Source of the DNA: a virus
Strand: one strand, 5' to 3'
Length of the DNA stretch: 64,000 bases
Virus record (IMG/VR): IMGVR_UViG_3300021429_002604
Coordinates: 63,439-127,438 of that record
The translations under genes were made by a program, and so were the position numbers. Positions 41,359-51,234 of this stretch are shown one piece after another. A model generated the notes under the pieces. The model was not told the origin of the DNA. It was given only the letters and a program-made list of their open reading frames with translations, and searched no databases. Position 1 is the first letter of the stretch. Each line of letters starts with the position of its first letter.

Positions 41359-42900
41359 ATGCCAGTTACTAATATACAATCATTAAACTACGGGGATTCA
41401 CAATCCCAGAGCATCGACAAGATAAACCATAATTTTGATGAGATAGTAGAGGGACATGGTGGAACCCAGGGAATAACTGGTCCTACTGGAAGTGATGGAC
41501 CCGCAGGAAACAGAGGTCCGATAGGAACTCAAGGAGCAACCGGGGTCAGAGGTACAAGATGGTTTGTTGATTTCACGCAACCATCAGGAACTTATAATGC
41601 AGTGGTTGAGGGTGATTTTTGGATCGACTCCGCTAATGGAAATATTTACACATTTACCGAGTCCGGGTGGGAGTTTACGGGATATACCCTAGCATCGGGG
41701 GGAGACATTTTTAAGGCTGAAGATTCATACTTCGCTTCGGGCGGTACTGGATCTGCTATTCTTTTTGATCAGATACTCCCACAAAATTATCTTTTTATAG
41801 TAGCTGATAAAGTACCCGAATCTGGAGTACTGAACGAGAATCTTTCAAAGTTTATAATCTCCACAGATACAACAATCAACGATGCTCCTTTATTGGAATT
41901 TTCAAAGAGTAACATAGAGTCTGGATTGATAGGTGACTACTCACAGCACCCTATTTTTAGATGGAAGAATTTTCAGAGTGATAATAACTCCCTGGTTCTG
42001 GAGATTCCCGGGGGATCTTTTATTATAGGAGCATCCGGAGGATTTGAGTCAACGTCTGATCTCATTAATATAAAGACACCATCATCCGCAAACATATCCT
42101 ATGGTGCCACCTCTGGATCTGGAATTTTTTCAACCGGTGGATTTGATCTTAATGCGGGTGGTCAATTTAAAATTAAGAGCGCTTTTGTTAATGTAACGGG
42201 AGGTTCCGGCTATATTTCTGCCCCGGTAAACCTTACCGCTAATCTTACCTCAACTGCTCCTTCGATATATTCATTTAATGGGGGAACTGCTGGATTCAGA
42301 ACTTCCCGAACCGCTGATACATTCAATACACTATCTCATTCAACGTATTCAGTCTCGTTAGAATCTGCATCGGATAGAGAATTTTTTATAGACACCAAAG
42401 GAAAGATAAAAACTAAAAAAGCAGAGACCTCTTTATCGTATGTTTCAACAACTCCAGGAGCAACTAGTACTGTATCGACAAATTCAGTAAACTGGTATCT
42501 CATCTCAAGAACTGGTACCACTGTGAATTCTTCAGTGCTAGAAGGTGGAAATACCGTTGTTGTTAATCCTGTAGTTCCTAGTAGCGGATTTGTTGGTATA
42601 GGGATTTATAACAATCCTGAATTTTCGTGGGCAGGACCAACTGGAGGATTAGATTTGGGACAATCGATAGATGTCAACGTACACTATAGTGCAACCTCCA
42701 TTCAACCTGGATATTCTGATGGATTTAGATATATTGGTAGAGGTGCAACAAGCGGTAATGTTACTAATGTCGTATCTCTACCCTTTCCTGCAACCAATGT
42801 TGATTTCACATTGGCAAGAGGAGTAACCGGAGGTAACATGACAGTTTTTTATAGAGCATACGGATCTGCTGGTGGATCGGGTGGATCTTTTACTATCTGA
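41359..42900 (+). CDS. Tail fibre paralog A with short collagen segment
   Basis: GDSQ...DKINHNF N-terminus; Gly-X-Y run GTQGITGPTGSDGPAGNRGPIGTQGATGVRG; EGDFWID motif. Confidence 0.7.
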   Translation: MPVTNIQSLNYGDSQSQSIDKINHNFDEIVEGHGGTQGITGPTGSDGPAGNRGPIGTQGATGVRGTRWFVDFTQPSGTYNAVVEGDFWIDSANGNIYTFTESGWEFTGYTLASGGDIFKAEDSYFASGGTGSAILFDQILPQNYLFIVADKVPESGVLNENLSKFIISTDTTINDAPLLEFSKSNIESGLIGDYSQHPIFRWKNFQSDNNSLVLEIPGGSFIIGASGGFESTSDLINIKTPSSANISYGATSGSGIFSTGGFDLNAGGQFKIKSAFVNVTGGSGYISAPVNLTANLTSTAPSIYSFNGGTAGFRTSRTADTFNTLSHSTYSVSLESASDREFFIDTKGKIKTKKAETSLSYVSTTPGATSTVSTNSVNWYLISRTGTTVNSSVLEGGNTVVVNPVVPSSGFVGIGIYNNPEFSWAGPTGGLDLGQSIDVNVHYSATSIQPGYSDGFRYIGRGATSGNVTNVVSLPFPATNVDFTLARGVTGGNMTVFYRAYGSAGGSGGSFTI

Positions 42901-42906
42901 TATATA
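42899..42906 (+). promoter_or_regulatory. GATATATA putative late-promoter motif
   Basis: Overlaps the TGA stop of the gene at 41359; 27 nt before the ATG at 42934. Confidence 0.5.
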
Positions 42907-42933
42907 CAATAACTATTTCCACTAAAAGCACAA

Positions 42934-44619
42934 ATGGCAGAACTAAAACTATTAAGAATTGATGAAGGGGATTCACAGAAAAATCTGACAGATAAGGTAA
43001 ATTCAAATTTCTCTAATCTGATACTTTTTGGTGGTGGGCCTTACGGTAGGTTAGGTGGACAGGGACCAGAAGGTGCAAAAGGTCCTACCGGACCTAAAGG
43101 ATCTTATGGGGATCTTGGAAAAAGAGGAACCATATGGACTGTGGGTCCATGTCAACCTACTCCGACAACATCTGTAAATGGTGACTTCTGGCTAGATACT
43201 GATAATGCAAACACTGTTTATCAATTCAATTCTAGCGGTGTTTGGTCTCTTTATGGATTCAATTTAAAAGCGGAGGATCTGTTTAGGGTATATGGCCCGG
43301 TTTCTAATTCGTCCGGTGTTTCTAGCAAATATGGATATTTTCTATCACCCAACACTCCGATAGATTATACCGTGGTTATCAGTGATAATCCGTCCATGAA
43401 CAGTGGAACCCAGACTTCACCAAATCCCGTACCGAACCCGCAGTATTCTAAATTTGTTCTATCCGTAAATGGACTAGATGCAACAAAAAATATATTGGAG
43501 TTTAGTAAATCTGATTACACGTCCACTACATTTACTGCAGGAACACCTAAATTCCATTGGGATCAAGGGGCAACTGCTTCTCGTGGTAACTATGGATTGA
43601 GATTCTCAAATTACGGACGTACCAAATTCGCTATACCAAATTCGGCTTTAAGATTAGAGTCAACTGCATCTTCGATTGATATTAATTCTGTTGGATTCAA
43701 CCTCTATATGAACACTTCTCAATTGTTTACAGCAAGCGTTCTAAGCGACATATATTTTAATTTTAATGGAGGAACCGCTTTATTCACCACCAAAAATATT
43801 GCGTATTCATCAGGTCAATTTAATATCTTCACGAGTTTTAATGTTTATTCTGATGCCACTGATTTAACCCCGCCATTACATTTAATATCAGCTTCACCAA
43901 CAACGGGGAACCTCAGATATCTGTACAATTCGACAGCAAATAACGGAGCTTTCCTTTTCAGAATTGTTCAGGGAACAGGATTACTATTCTCCGTTTATGG
44001 AGATGGATATATCTATATGGATAAGAAGGTTAATTCCATTCAGTCTCCACAGACAATAACACAAACTGTAGCTGGAACTTTTGCTGGTACGAATATAAAC
44101 TGGACAACCATAGTTCCCTCCGTTGCTATGACCACAGCATCGGGTAACTATTTTTATTCTAACAATGGATCTGATTTTGTTGTACAAAAATCAGCATCAG
44201 CTTCGTCTGGAGAGAGGGGAATATGTCTATGGACTCCTGCAACCGGTGGTGCAGTTGGGTTTAATGGAGGGTGGTTAAACCTAGTTGAAGACCAGGAAGC
44301 AATAACTTTCAGAGTTCACAGTAGCAGTCCTGGTTCTACCGGCGATTGTTTTAGATATATCGGATTAAACACATCGCAATCACCAAACACTTTACCTAAC
44401 CCATTTAATTCAGGACCTAATGAGTCTATAGCAACTTTACCTGTGGGTGAATATGCTTCGACAGCCGAATTTACTGTGGTTAACTTAAGAGGAGCCACTG
44501 GTGGAGCCGGTGGAACAGGAGGTACTAAAAGATGGTACAAGGTATTTTATTCTGCTTGGGGCGGAAATTTAACCAACACTTATTGCGGTGTTTTAGCAAC
44601 ATGTAATTCAACGGCTTAA
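42934..44619 (+). CDS. Tail fibre paralog B with short collagen segment
   Basis: GDSQ...DKVNSNF; GRLGGQGPEGAKGPTGPKGSYGDLGKRG; NGDFWLD. Confidence 0.7.
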   Translation: MAELKLLRIDEGDSQKNLTDKVNSNFSNLILFGGGPYGRLGGQGPEGAKGPTGPKGSYGDLGKRGTIWTVGPCQPTPTTSVNGDFWLDTDNANTVYQFNSSGVWSLYGFNLKAEDLFRVYGPVSNSSGVSSKYGYFLSPNTPIDYTVVISDNPSMNSGTQTSPNPVPNPQYSKFVLSVNGLDATKNILEFSKSDYTSTTFTAGTPKFHWDQGATASRGNYGLRFSNYGRTKFAIPNSALRLESTASSIDINSVGFNLYMNTSQLFTASVLSDIYFNFNGGTALFTTKNIAYSSGQFNIFTSFNVYSDATDLTPPLHLISASPTTGNLRYLYNSTANNGAFLFRIVQGTGLLFSVYGDGYIYMDKKVNSIQSPQTITQTVAGTFAGTNINWTTIVPSVAMTTASGNYFYSNNGSDFVVQKSASASSGERGICLWTPATGGAVGFNGGWLNLVEDQEAITFRVHSSSPGSTGDCFRYIGLNTSQSPNTLPNPFNSGPNESIATLPVGEYASTAEFTVVNLRGATGGAGGTGGTKRWYKVFYSAWGGNLTNTYCGVLATCNSTA

Positions 44620-44620
44620 T

Positions 44621-46780
44621 ATGCATTTTAATACTAAATATATTTTTCAGGGTGATTCACAAAGGGATATCACAAATAAGATCAACTATAATTTTGATCA
44701 GATATTATCCTTTGCTGTGGGTCCGGATGGACATATTGGACCAAGAGGGGCGACAGGATTATACGGTCCTGCCGGGTATAAGGGTGCTAGCGGAGCAACA
44801 GGTACAAGGGCCTCTAAAATATTCAAGCAACCAACACAGCCTCTAGCTTCAGAAACTCAGGAGTATGATGTATGGGTAGATAACTCATCTGGTGAGGGAG
44901 ACGTTAATGTGCTGGGAGCTACCGGTAACTGGAGTTATTCGGGATATTCATTCTTTACATCGTCATATTTTTCAACTTTCTCCTGGATGCTTGGCCCTGC
45001 GGGTTCAACTGATAAGTATGTAATAGGTATCAAGGACACAGTAAATTCACCTGAGATTAATTTGGTTTTAAGTGATGGTGATCCGGATCCATCCTATTCA
45101 AATCCGAATAAATCAAAGCTTCTTGTTGCTACCCAGGATCAGACAACCACACCGATTATGAGTTTTGGTAAATCTGGAGCCATTTCTCAGGGTGTACCTT
45201 CTTTCTATTGGGATTCTTCCGGGTCTAATAGCAATCTGAGCTATAGATCTAGCGGAGATCTTGATATAACTTCTCAATTAAGACTTGGCATAGATTCAGC
45301 TCTTGCAAGAACGCTATTATTTGGAAACAACTTAAATTTAACCGCAGCTAATTTTACTATTGGCGGATCTGGAGATTTTCAGCTAGCATCAAATACAACT
45401 GTAGGTAGCGGTGGCGTATTTAACGTGAGTTCGACCAATTTACTTTTCTCCTCATCATATTTTACACATTTTGATCCAACAACAATTTATGCTTCTTCGG
45501 GAAACTATGTCCTGAATGACGTTCCAAATTCTGCAGGATTAAACTCTGGTATAACGGTAGCAACCACAGCATCTGCTAATGATACTTTCTCGATAAATGA
45601 TTTGACTGGTTATCCGGTATTATCGGGTAAACCATACGGAACAGTAAATTCAGGTAAACACTCGGAGATTATTTTTGGTTCTACCGGTGGAGTCACCGGA
45701 GGGACCGCTGGACCTTTTTCTTACCATGTAAAGAAAGCGTCTCAGGTTACAAAAAGCACAATATCGGTATCTTCGGTTTCTACGTCTACGTCCAGTACTA
45801 CGACAACTGTGAATCTGCCGAACGTATTTGACTTGACCCAAACATCTTTATGGGATGCCAATGTTATAGTAGTTACACCAACAGCTGTACAGACTTCAGC
45901 GGTGGGAATTTATTTAAGAATCCCCTCGTCGTACCTGAATACTCTCAATCCAGTATACTCGACAGGAAAAACAAACATTTACAGAATACTATTAAATAGT
46001 CTAAACCCTATACTTTATACATCTTACATACAGGGGTTTGTTTATACCTATACCAATTATGGTTCTGGTGGATTAACGTCTACGTCAATTCTAACTTATA
46101 TCGATTTACCTACCCCTATTTCATCCAATAGGTATTGTCAATATGTAGATCTCCATTGGCTTGGTGTTGCTAACGCTACCAACCTTAATCCTAGACTTTT
46201 CTATAAGGCATGCAATGGTGTTGGCGGATATATCGAGCTAACCAACTTAAACAGTATAGGATCTGAGCAACCAATAACTTCTGGTTCATCGCCAGCAGGC
46301 GGAGGTAGTTATGGAGGTGAATTCGAAGAACTACCGCCTACTTCTGGTTCAAGTTGTCCTACACCTGATATGTTGATCTTATTGGGTCAAAATAAATGGA
46401 TTTCTGCTGGAGAGTTGGAAGTGGGCATGGAGGTTTATACCGAGCATGAACACACAAATGAATGGGGCTACTATAGAGTTTCTCATGTTGGAAGGGCGGT
46501 TCAGTCTGTGATTTCTGCTATGATCGGAGGTAAGAGCATTAAAGTTTCAGAATCACATAGATTCCTAACAACCGACGGTGAATATATTGCGATAGCAGAA
46601 CTTCCTATCGGAACTACGCTTCGAACAATAGAAGGAACAGCTATACTTGAATCCAAAGAAAATGTTGGAAATATGGAAGTTGTTAAGATTGAGGTCGATG
46701 ATGCTCACACTTATGTACTGGAGGAAGTATTATCGCACAACATTAAATACTATATCGATCCTGGTTATAATATACCTTAA
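44621..46780 (+). CDS. Tail fibre paralog C with collagen segment and C-terminal Hint domain
   Basis: GDSQ...NKINYNF; GHIGPRGATGLYGPAGYKGASGATG; C-terminal CPTP...SESH...SHN Hint domain. Confidence 0.75.
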   Translation: MHFNTKYIFQGDSQRDITNKINYNFDQILSFAVGPDGHIGPRGATGLYGPAGYKGASGATGTRASKIFKQPTQPLASETQEYDVWVDNSSGEGDVNVLGATGNWSYSGYSFFTSSYFSTFSWMLGPAGSTDKYVIGIKDTVNSPEINLVLSDGDPDPSYSNPNKSKLLVATQDQTTTPIMSFGKSGAISQGVPSFYWDSSGSNSNLSYRSSGDLDITSQLRLGIDSALARTLLFGNNLNLTAANFTIGGSGDFQLASNTTVGSGGVFNVSSTNLLFSSSYFTHFDPTTIYASSGNYVLNDVPNSAGLNSGITVATTASANDTFSINDLTGYPVLSGKPYGTVNSGKHSEIIFGSTGGVTGGTAGPFSYHVKKASQVTKSTISVSSVSTSTSSTTTTVNLPNVFDLTQTSLWDANVIVVTPTAVQTSAVGIYLRIPSSYLNTLNPVYSTGKTNIYRILLNSLNPILYTSYIQGFVYTYTNYGSGGLTSTSILTYIDLPTPISSNRYCQYVDLHWLGVANATNLNPRLFYKACNGVGGYIELTNLNSIGSEQPITSGSSPAGGGSYGGEFEELPPTSGSSCPTPDMLILLGQNKWISAGELEVGMEVYTEHEHTNEWGYYRVSHVGRAVQSVISAMIGGKSIKVSESHRFLTTDGEYIAIAELPIGTTLRTIEGTAILESKENVGNMEVVKIEVDDAHTYVLEEVLSHNIKYYIDPGYNIP
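46355..46741 (+). other. Hint (bacterial intein-like) domain 1, 129 aa
   Basis: Starts at Cys579 (CPTPDMLILL), block B VSESH, block F/G VVKIEVDDAHTYV...SHN; +1 residue is Ile. Confidence 0.85.
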
Positions 46781-46810
46781 AATTCACCAATATAAAAAAA
46801 ATAGATAAAT

Positions 46811-47077
46811 ATGATACAACTAACAAAGAAAGAACAGGAGAGCATGCTTAGATTATCTAAGGAGTTCGTAAGCATTCACCAAGAAATTTTGCATGTTGAA
46901 AAAACTATCAAGGAGATGGAAGACCGATCATCCTTGTTGATCAGTCAACTGGAAAGATGCAGGGAGTACGAAGGGGATTTCATCTGCGATTTGGAAAAAA
47001 AATACGGAGAGGGCTCGTTAGACCCTATTAATCTAACATGGCAAAAAGAAACTATAAAGAATGAAATACATCAGTAA
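46811..47077 (+). CDS. Small coiled-coil hypothetical protein
   Basis: 88 aa, helical and charged; overlaps the next gene by 17 nt. Confidence 0.55.
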   Translation: MIQLTKKEQESMLRLSKEFVSIHQEILHVEKTIKEMEDRSSLLISQLERCREYEGDFICDLEKKYGEGSLDPINLTWQKETIKNEIHQ

Positions 47078-47909
47078 AGAAAATTTAAGTAAAGCAACCG
47101 GATTACTAGGTAACAGGTTCTTTTTATTGGCAGTAATCGTGGTATTGATTATGCTGTCATTGAAGCAATGCGGTGATGCTGATCACGCTAAAGCCGAGGC
47201 TCTAAGAGAGCATAATAATTACCTTGCTTCATTGGATTCAGTTAGAGTTATCAAGAACGATCTTGGTCATCTAATTGTTGAAAAATCTGCTTATCAATTG
47301 AAAGTATCTGAATTAAGTAAAGATCAGAAAGAGCTTATTGCTAGATTAGATCTTAAGTCAAACGGGAGAGGGAATACCCCAAGGACAGTTATCCAAACCG
47401 TTTCCGAGTATAGAGACAGCATAATAAACATAGCTTCTGAGGTTGTTAAGGATCCTAATGGAAATGAGTCAATTACATTTCTTCATGAACCACAGTTACC
47501 TGGTAAAAATAAATTGAAAATATCAGGTAAGGTTCCATACGATCTTAGCCTATCTAAAGATCCAAGAGACACTACCAAATATGTCGCATCAGTTATACCA
47601 GGAGGAACCACTTTAACAATAGAGCAGAATATTGACATAGTAACGGCTTTATACCAGGATCCTAAATCCAAAAGAATAATGACGAGAGTAAGCACAACAT
47701 ATCCAAATTTAACTTTCAGTGATGTCAATTCTTTTGATATAACAGACAACCCAGAAACTAGAAAAGCTTTAAAAGCTGCTAGAAAAGAGTTTGGCTTAGG
47801 TGTTAATGTAGGATATGGGTTACTTGGAACATCAACAAGTTTAACCCCTGGATTTTACATAGGGCTTGGTGTTCATTACTCACCAAAATTTTTACAATTC
47901 GGAAAATAA
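47061..47909 (+). CDS. Membrane-anchored protein, possible spanin-like lysis protein
   Basis: N-terminal hydrophobic helix FFLLAVIVVLIMLSLKQC, then a coiled coil, then a C-terminal amphipathic hairpin FGLGVNVGYG...FYIGLGVHY. Confidence 0.45.
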   Translation: MKYISKENLSKATGLLGNRFFLLAVIVVLIMLSLKQCGDADHAKAEALREHNNYLASLDSVRVIKNDLGHLIVEKSAYQLKVSELSKDQKELIARLDLKSNGRGNTPRTVIQTVSEYRDSIINIASEVVKDPNGNESITFLHEPQLPGKNKLKISGKVPYDLSLSKDPRDTTKYVASVIPGGTTLTIEQNIDIVTALYQDPKSKRIMTRVSTTYPNLTFSDVNSFDITDNPETRKALKAARKEFGLGVNVGYGLLGTSTSLTPGFYIGLGVHYSPKFLQFGK

Positions 47910-47918
47910 AATATAGAA

Positions 47919-50648
47919 ATGGCATTTACTACTACATCTAAGTTTGTCCAGATTACTCCATATTTGCTAATGGAGTACATGTACGCTGATGAACCCACTC
48001 CAGAAACACACTTTGTTAATAATGGTGGAGTTACTGTCGGATATGATAAATTGATAAATGGATTTAGAAGTAATAATGTCCAAATATTTAATAGAGATTC
48101 CGATTATAATACCACGCATAACACCACCGAAAATAACGTGGTTAGAATTGGCGAGAGTTCGTTCGTAACTCTGGATTCAAATCTAATAGTTCCATTCAAT
48201 GATTATTCGGACGAATTAACCAACACTGTAGATTTACCGATCGTTTTTCCTTCCAATTTGCTGGTTGTTTATGACACTGTAAGGTATCATATAAGAGCTG
48301 GATATAATTTAAATAACATAGACGGGATCATCTTGACTGTTGAATATCAAGACGAAAATTTAGAATATGTTACAGGTTCACAGATACTCATTAAAAAGGG
48401 AACTGAGCAGGAATATTTCTTAAATCCAAATCCTGTAACTATTGGTTCTAATATCTATGATAAATATTTTGAGATAAAGCTTCCGAATCTGAAGGATATG
48501 AATGATAAGTATCTTGCAGCATCTCCCGCATTTAAGCCTGAGACACTGGCATCACTAATAAGCTCGAGCGGAGATGGATTCATTTACGGAGCACCAATAA
48601 GGGTAACAGCTTGGCAAGTACAGAGTATCGTAGATTATAATGGATATGAAAGATATAACTGCGCTAGAATAGCAACACTATCATTAGAGCAGGAAGATCC
48701 ATTTTCTAATATAGGTGCAACGATAAGAGAATCTGAGAAAGGCCAATTCTTTGAATACTATGCAACCGATAATGAAGGGTTCATAGAGGATTTTATATTA
48801 TTCCAGAATTCGATAGGAAATGGGTATTATATAAGTCATCAAATAGAGGTGCTTGAACAGATAGGTGCTGCACTTATACAGACATCAGGCTTTCAGTCAA
48901 TACAGACAACAGCATACGATCTTCCCAATTATTATCGGCCTATAGTTAAAAATGCTGCTGTTGCTGCAAGCTTTACTTTGAGATATACAATGTCTCTAAT
49001 CAATAGTGTCGATCAAAGTAGGGTTATTAGAATATCATCATATAGCTCGGTAAATCCTGGACAATGGGGGACTAACATAACCCCTATTAAATTAAGTACG
49101 TTTCCACAGGTTCAGAAAATTTACAATAGGGTTTATTCACAACCATCAATAACCGTTGGTGGTGGAAATACCAATCAGCCCAAGGAGATAGTTAAATATA
49201 CAAATGTGTTCATCAACCAAAATTATGTTACTTCCACTGTAAATAACTTAACATTCACAGATAATACCCTAAAGATAAATTCGGGAGCGGAACAAACAAC
49301 AGCATTCGGTACTGGTAAGATGACAATTTCGATTTCACCTTTCGATAATTATTACAAATTTAAATTTATCAAGAGCGGACCTTCGAATGATCCAGTCCCT
49401 ATTGATCTAAGTGCTTCTGGGAAATTCAACATATCATTTGTTGATCCGGTTGGAAATAAAATACAGATTCCTGCTTTGGAGGATAGAAATTTAGCAAATC
49501 CTTCCACCGGAGAACTTGCATTTAAAATTGACGAATCTATATCAACTAAGGTGCTTCAGTTAAATGACAGAAGATTCTTTATCACGAACGGAACTTCTAT
49601 AAACCCGGCACAAAATGGGGTTGCTACAAAACAGGTGGTTTCTGTTGATTCTGGTGTCACTAGCAATGTTATCGAGAAAAGAATAGAATCAGTAATCGCA
49701 GATAGAAGAAATGAAGCTGCGGCTATAAAAGGAGCTAACAACTACATAAATTTACCTGCATCTAGCATTCTTACACCCGTTAATAATGCTAATTCTGTTA
49801 TGTACTGGGGATATTGGAAAAAAGAGGGTGAGGCAGATTTCGTTATCGGAGATACCGCAGCACCTGCACCTGTAATTACATCAGGAAGCGGAATTGGAGT
49901 GGTTGGCTCAATTGAAGCTAGTCCGAGTCCGATTATTAAAAATATACTGCCTTTAAGCTCGACTTCTGGAATTTTCACAATAGGAGCAGCAACTTCAAAT
50001 ACGTATGAGACTTTGACCGGAAGCGCTCTTATTGCAGCTTTAAGCGCAGAGATTGCTGGTTACAATGCCACTGGCTGGAAGGACCAAACTATAATCAACT
50101 ACTTCTTGACCCCAGGTAAAGCTGGGTATATTAAATATCCAGGATTAACCAAAGCAGAATTTACTAAAGCTGCAAGCGGCATTTTAGCTCCTGCATCTTT
50201 AACTAATCTAAATAAAAGAAACAAGGGGGGTGGAGGATGTCCTACTCCTGAAATGAGAATTCTGTTAGCAGATGGAAGAAACATAAAGGCTGGAGACATA
50301 ACGGTTGGTACCAAGATAACAACGGTTCACGAGAAAACAGGTGAATGGGGACAATATAGAGTTTCTTATGCCGGAAGAATGATTCAACCTATACTTTCTG
50401 TTAAGATAGGTGGAACATCAGTTAAAGTGTCAGATTCACACAAATTCCTAACCGAGAATAATGGTTACGTTACAATCTCTGATCTTAAGATAGGATCCGT
50501 TATTAGAACTGTTACTGGATTAGCTAAATTGGAAAGTAAGGATAGAATCGGAGAGGGCGAAGTTGTTAAAATAGAGGTTGAAGAGGCACACACTTATGTG
50601 ATGGAGGGTATAATCTCACATAACATTAAGGCTGCTACAATAGAATAA
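47919..50648 (+). CDS. Structural protein with C-terminal Hint domain
   Basis: 909 aa, with a low-complexity linker, then GGGC-PTP...SDSH...SHN-IKAATIE. Confidence 0.7.
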   Translation: MAFTTTSKFVQITPYLLMEYMYADEPTPETHFVNNGGVTVGYDKLINGFRSNNVQIFNRDSDYNTTHNTTENNVVRIGESSFVTLDSNLIVPFNDYSDELTNTVDLPIVFPSNLLVVYDTVRYHIRAGYNLNNIDGIILTVEYQDENLEYVTGSQILIKKGTEQEYFLNPNPVTIGSNIYDKYFEIKLPNLKDMNDKYLAASPAFKPETLASLISSSGDGFIYGAPIRVTAWQVQSIVDYNGYERYNCARIATLSLEQEDPFSNIGATIRESEKGQFFEYYATDNEGFIEDFILFQNSIGNGYYISHQIEVLEQIGAALIQTSGFQSIQTTAYDLPNYYRPIVKNAAVAASFTLRYTMSLINSVDQSRVIRISSYSSVNPGQWGTNITPIKLSTFPQVQKIYNRVYSQPSITVGGGNTNQPKEIVKYTNVFINQNYVTSTVNNLTFTDNTLKINSGAEQTTAFGTGKMTISISPFDNYYKFKFIKSGPSNDPVPIDLSASGKFNISFVDPVGNKIQIPALEDRNLANPSTGELAFKIDESISTKVLQLNDRRFFITNGTSINPAQNGVATKQVVSVDSGVTSNVIEKRIESVIADRRNEAAAIKGANNYINLPASSILTPVNNANSVMYWGYWKKEGEADFVIGDTAAPAPVITSGSGIGVVGSIEASPSPIIKNILPLSSTSGIFTIGAATSNTYETLTGSALIAALSAEIAGYNATGWKDQTIINYFLTPGKAGYIKYPGLTKAEFTKAASGILAPASLTNLNKRNKGGGGCPTPEMRILLADGRNIKAGDITVGTKITTVHEKTGEWGQYRVSYAGRMIQPILSVKIGGTSVKVSDSHKFLTENNGYVTISDLKIGSVIRTVTGLAKLESKDRIGEGEVVKIEVEEAHTYVMEGIISHNIKAATIE
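50238..50624 (+). other. Hint (bacterial intein-like) domain 2, 129 aa
   Basis: Starts at Cys774 (CPTPEMRILLADG), VSDSH, VVKIEVEEAHTYV...SHN. About 70 of 129 positions are identical to Hint 1 in an ungapped hand alignment. Confidence 0.85.
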
Positions 50649-50658
50649 AATAATAAGC

Positions 50659-51207
50659 ATGTTACTTAATCCAAAATCAAGTAGTTTTTATTTCGTCTTC
50701 CCTAGAGGGTTCTTCCCTGCTAAGGTGGTAGACAAGTATTTACCCTACTTAAAAAAACAACCCATACCGTTTGACACTGTATCTGCTTATATGAACAGCA
50801 CTATCAGATCGGTTGGATTTCCATCGATGACTATAGATTCGGTTGAGCAAGTAAGACCGCTGGGAAAAAAGATTAACTATAAAAGCGGAACCCCCGTGCA
50901 GGAGCTTTTTACTAAGGACTTTGCCATCCAGTTTAAATTGGTTGATGGATTTATAAATTATTTTATAATGCTTGATACTATTTTACACTTTTTGGATTTC
51001 GAAAACCCAAATCTGTTTATACAGGATTTACCGCTTAGAGTGATGGATAACGAGGGAAATATAGTGACATCCGTTTCTTTCCAGGGTGTAACTTTAACAT
51101 CATTTTCTGAGATAGAATTAGCATACACATCCAATGCACCGCAAACTGTTTCATTTAATGTTGGATTTAAATGCAACTACATAGATATAGTTTTGGAAGC
51201 TAAATAA
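50659..51207 (+). CDS. Tail-tube-fold protein (gp19/gp3 tube terminator-like)
   Basis: 182 aa; C-terminal LRVMDNEGNIVTSVSFQGVTLTSFSEIELAY...SFNVGFKCNY matches the tube-fold pattern. Confidence 0.6.
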   Translation: MLLNPKSSSFYFVFPRGFFPAKVVDKYLPYLKKQPIPFDTVSAYMNSTIRSVGFPSMTIDSVEQVRPLGKKINYKSGTPVQELFTKDFAIQFKLVDGFINYFIMLDTILHFLDFENPNLFIQDLPLRVMDNEGNIVTSVSFQGVTLTSFSEIELAYTSNAPQTVSFNVGFKCNYIDIVLEAK

Positions 51208-51215
51208 GATATATA
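51208..51215 (+). promoter_or_regulatory. GATATATA putative late-promoter motif
   Basis: Intergenic, 19 nt before the ATG at 51235. Confidence 0.55.
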
Positions 51216-51234
51216 AGTTAAATAAAACAATAAC

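Noticed and set aside
46355-50624. Canonical mobile inteins with homing endonucleases
   Set aside because: Only 129 aa, no LAGLIDADG/HNH insert, Ile at +1, and positioned at C-termini rather than in conserved enzyme motifs.
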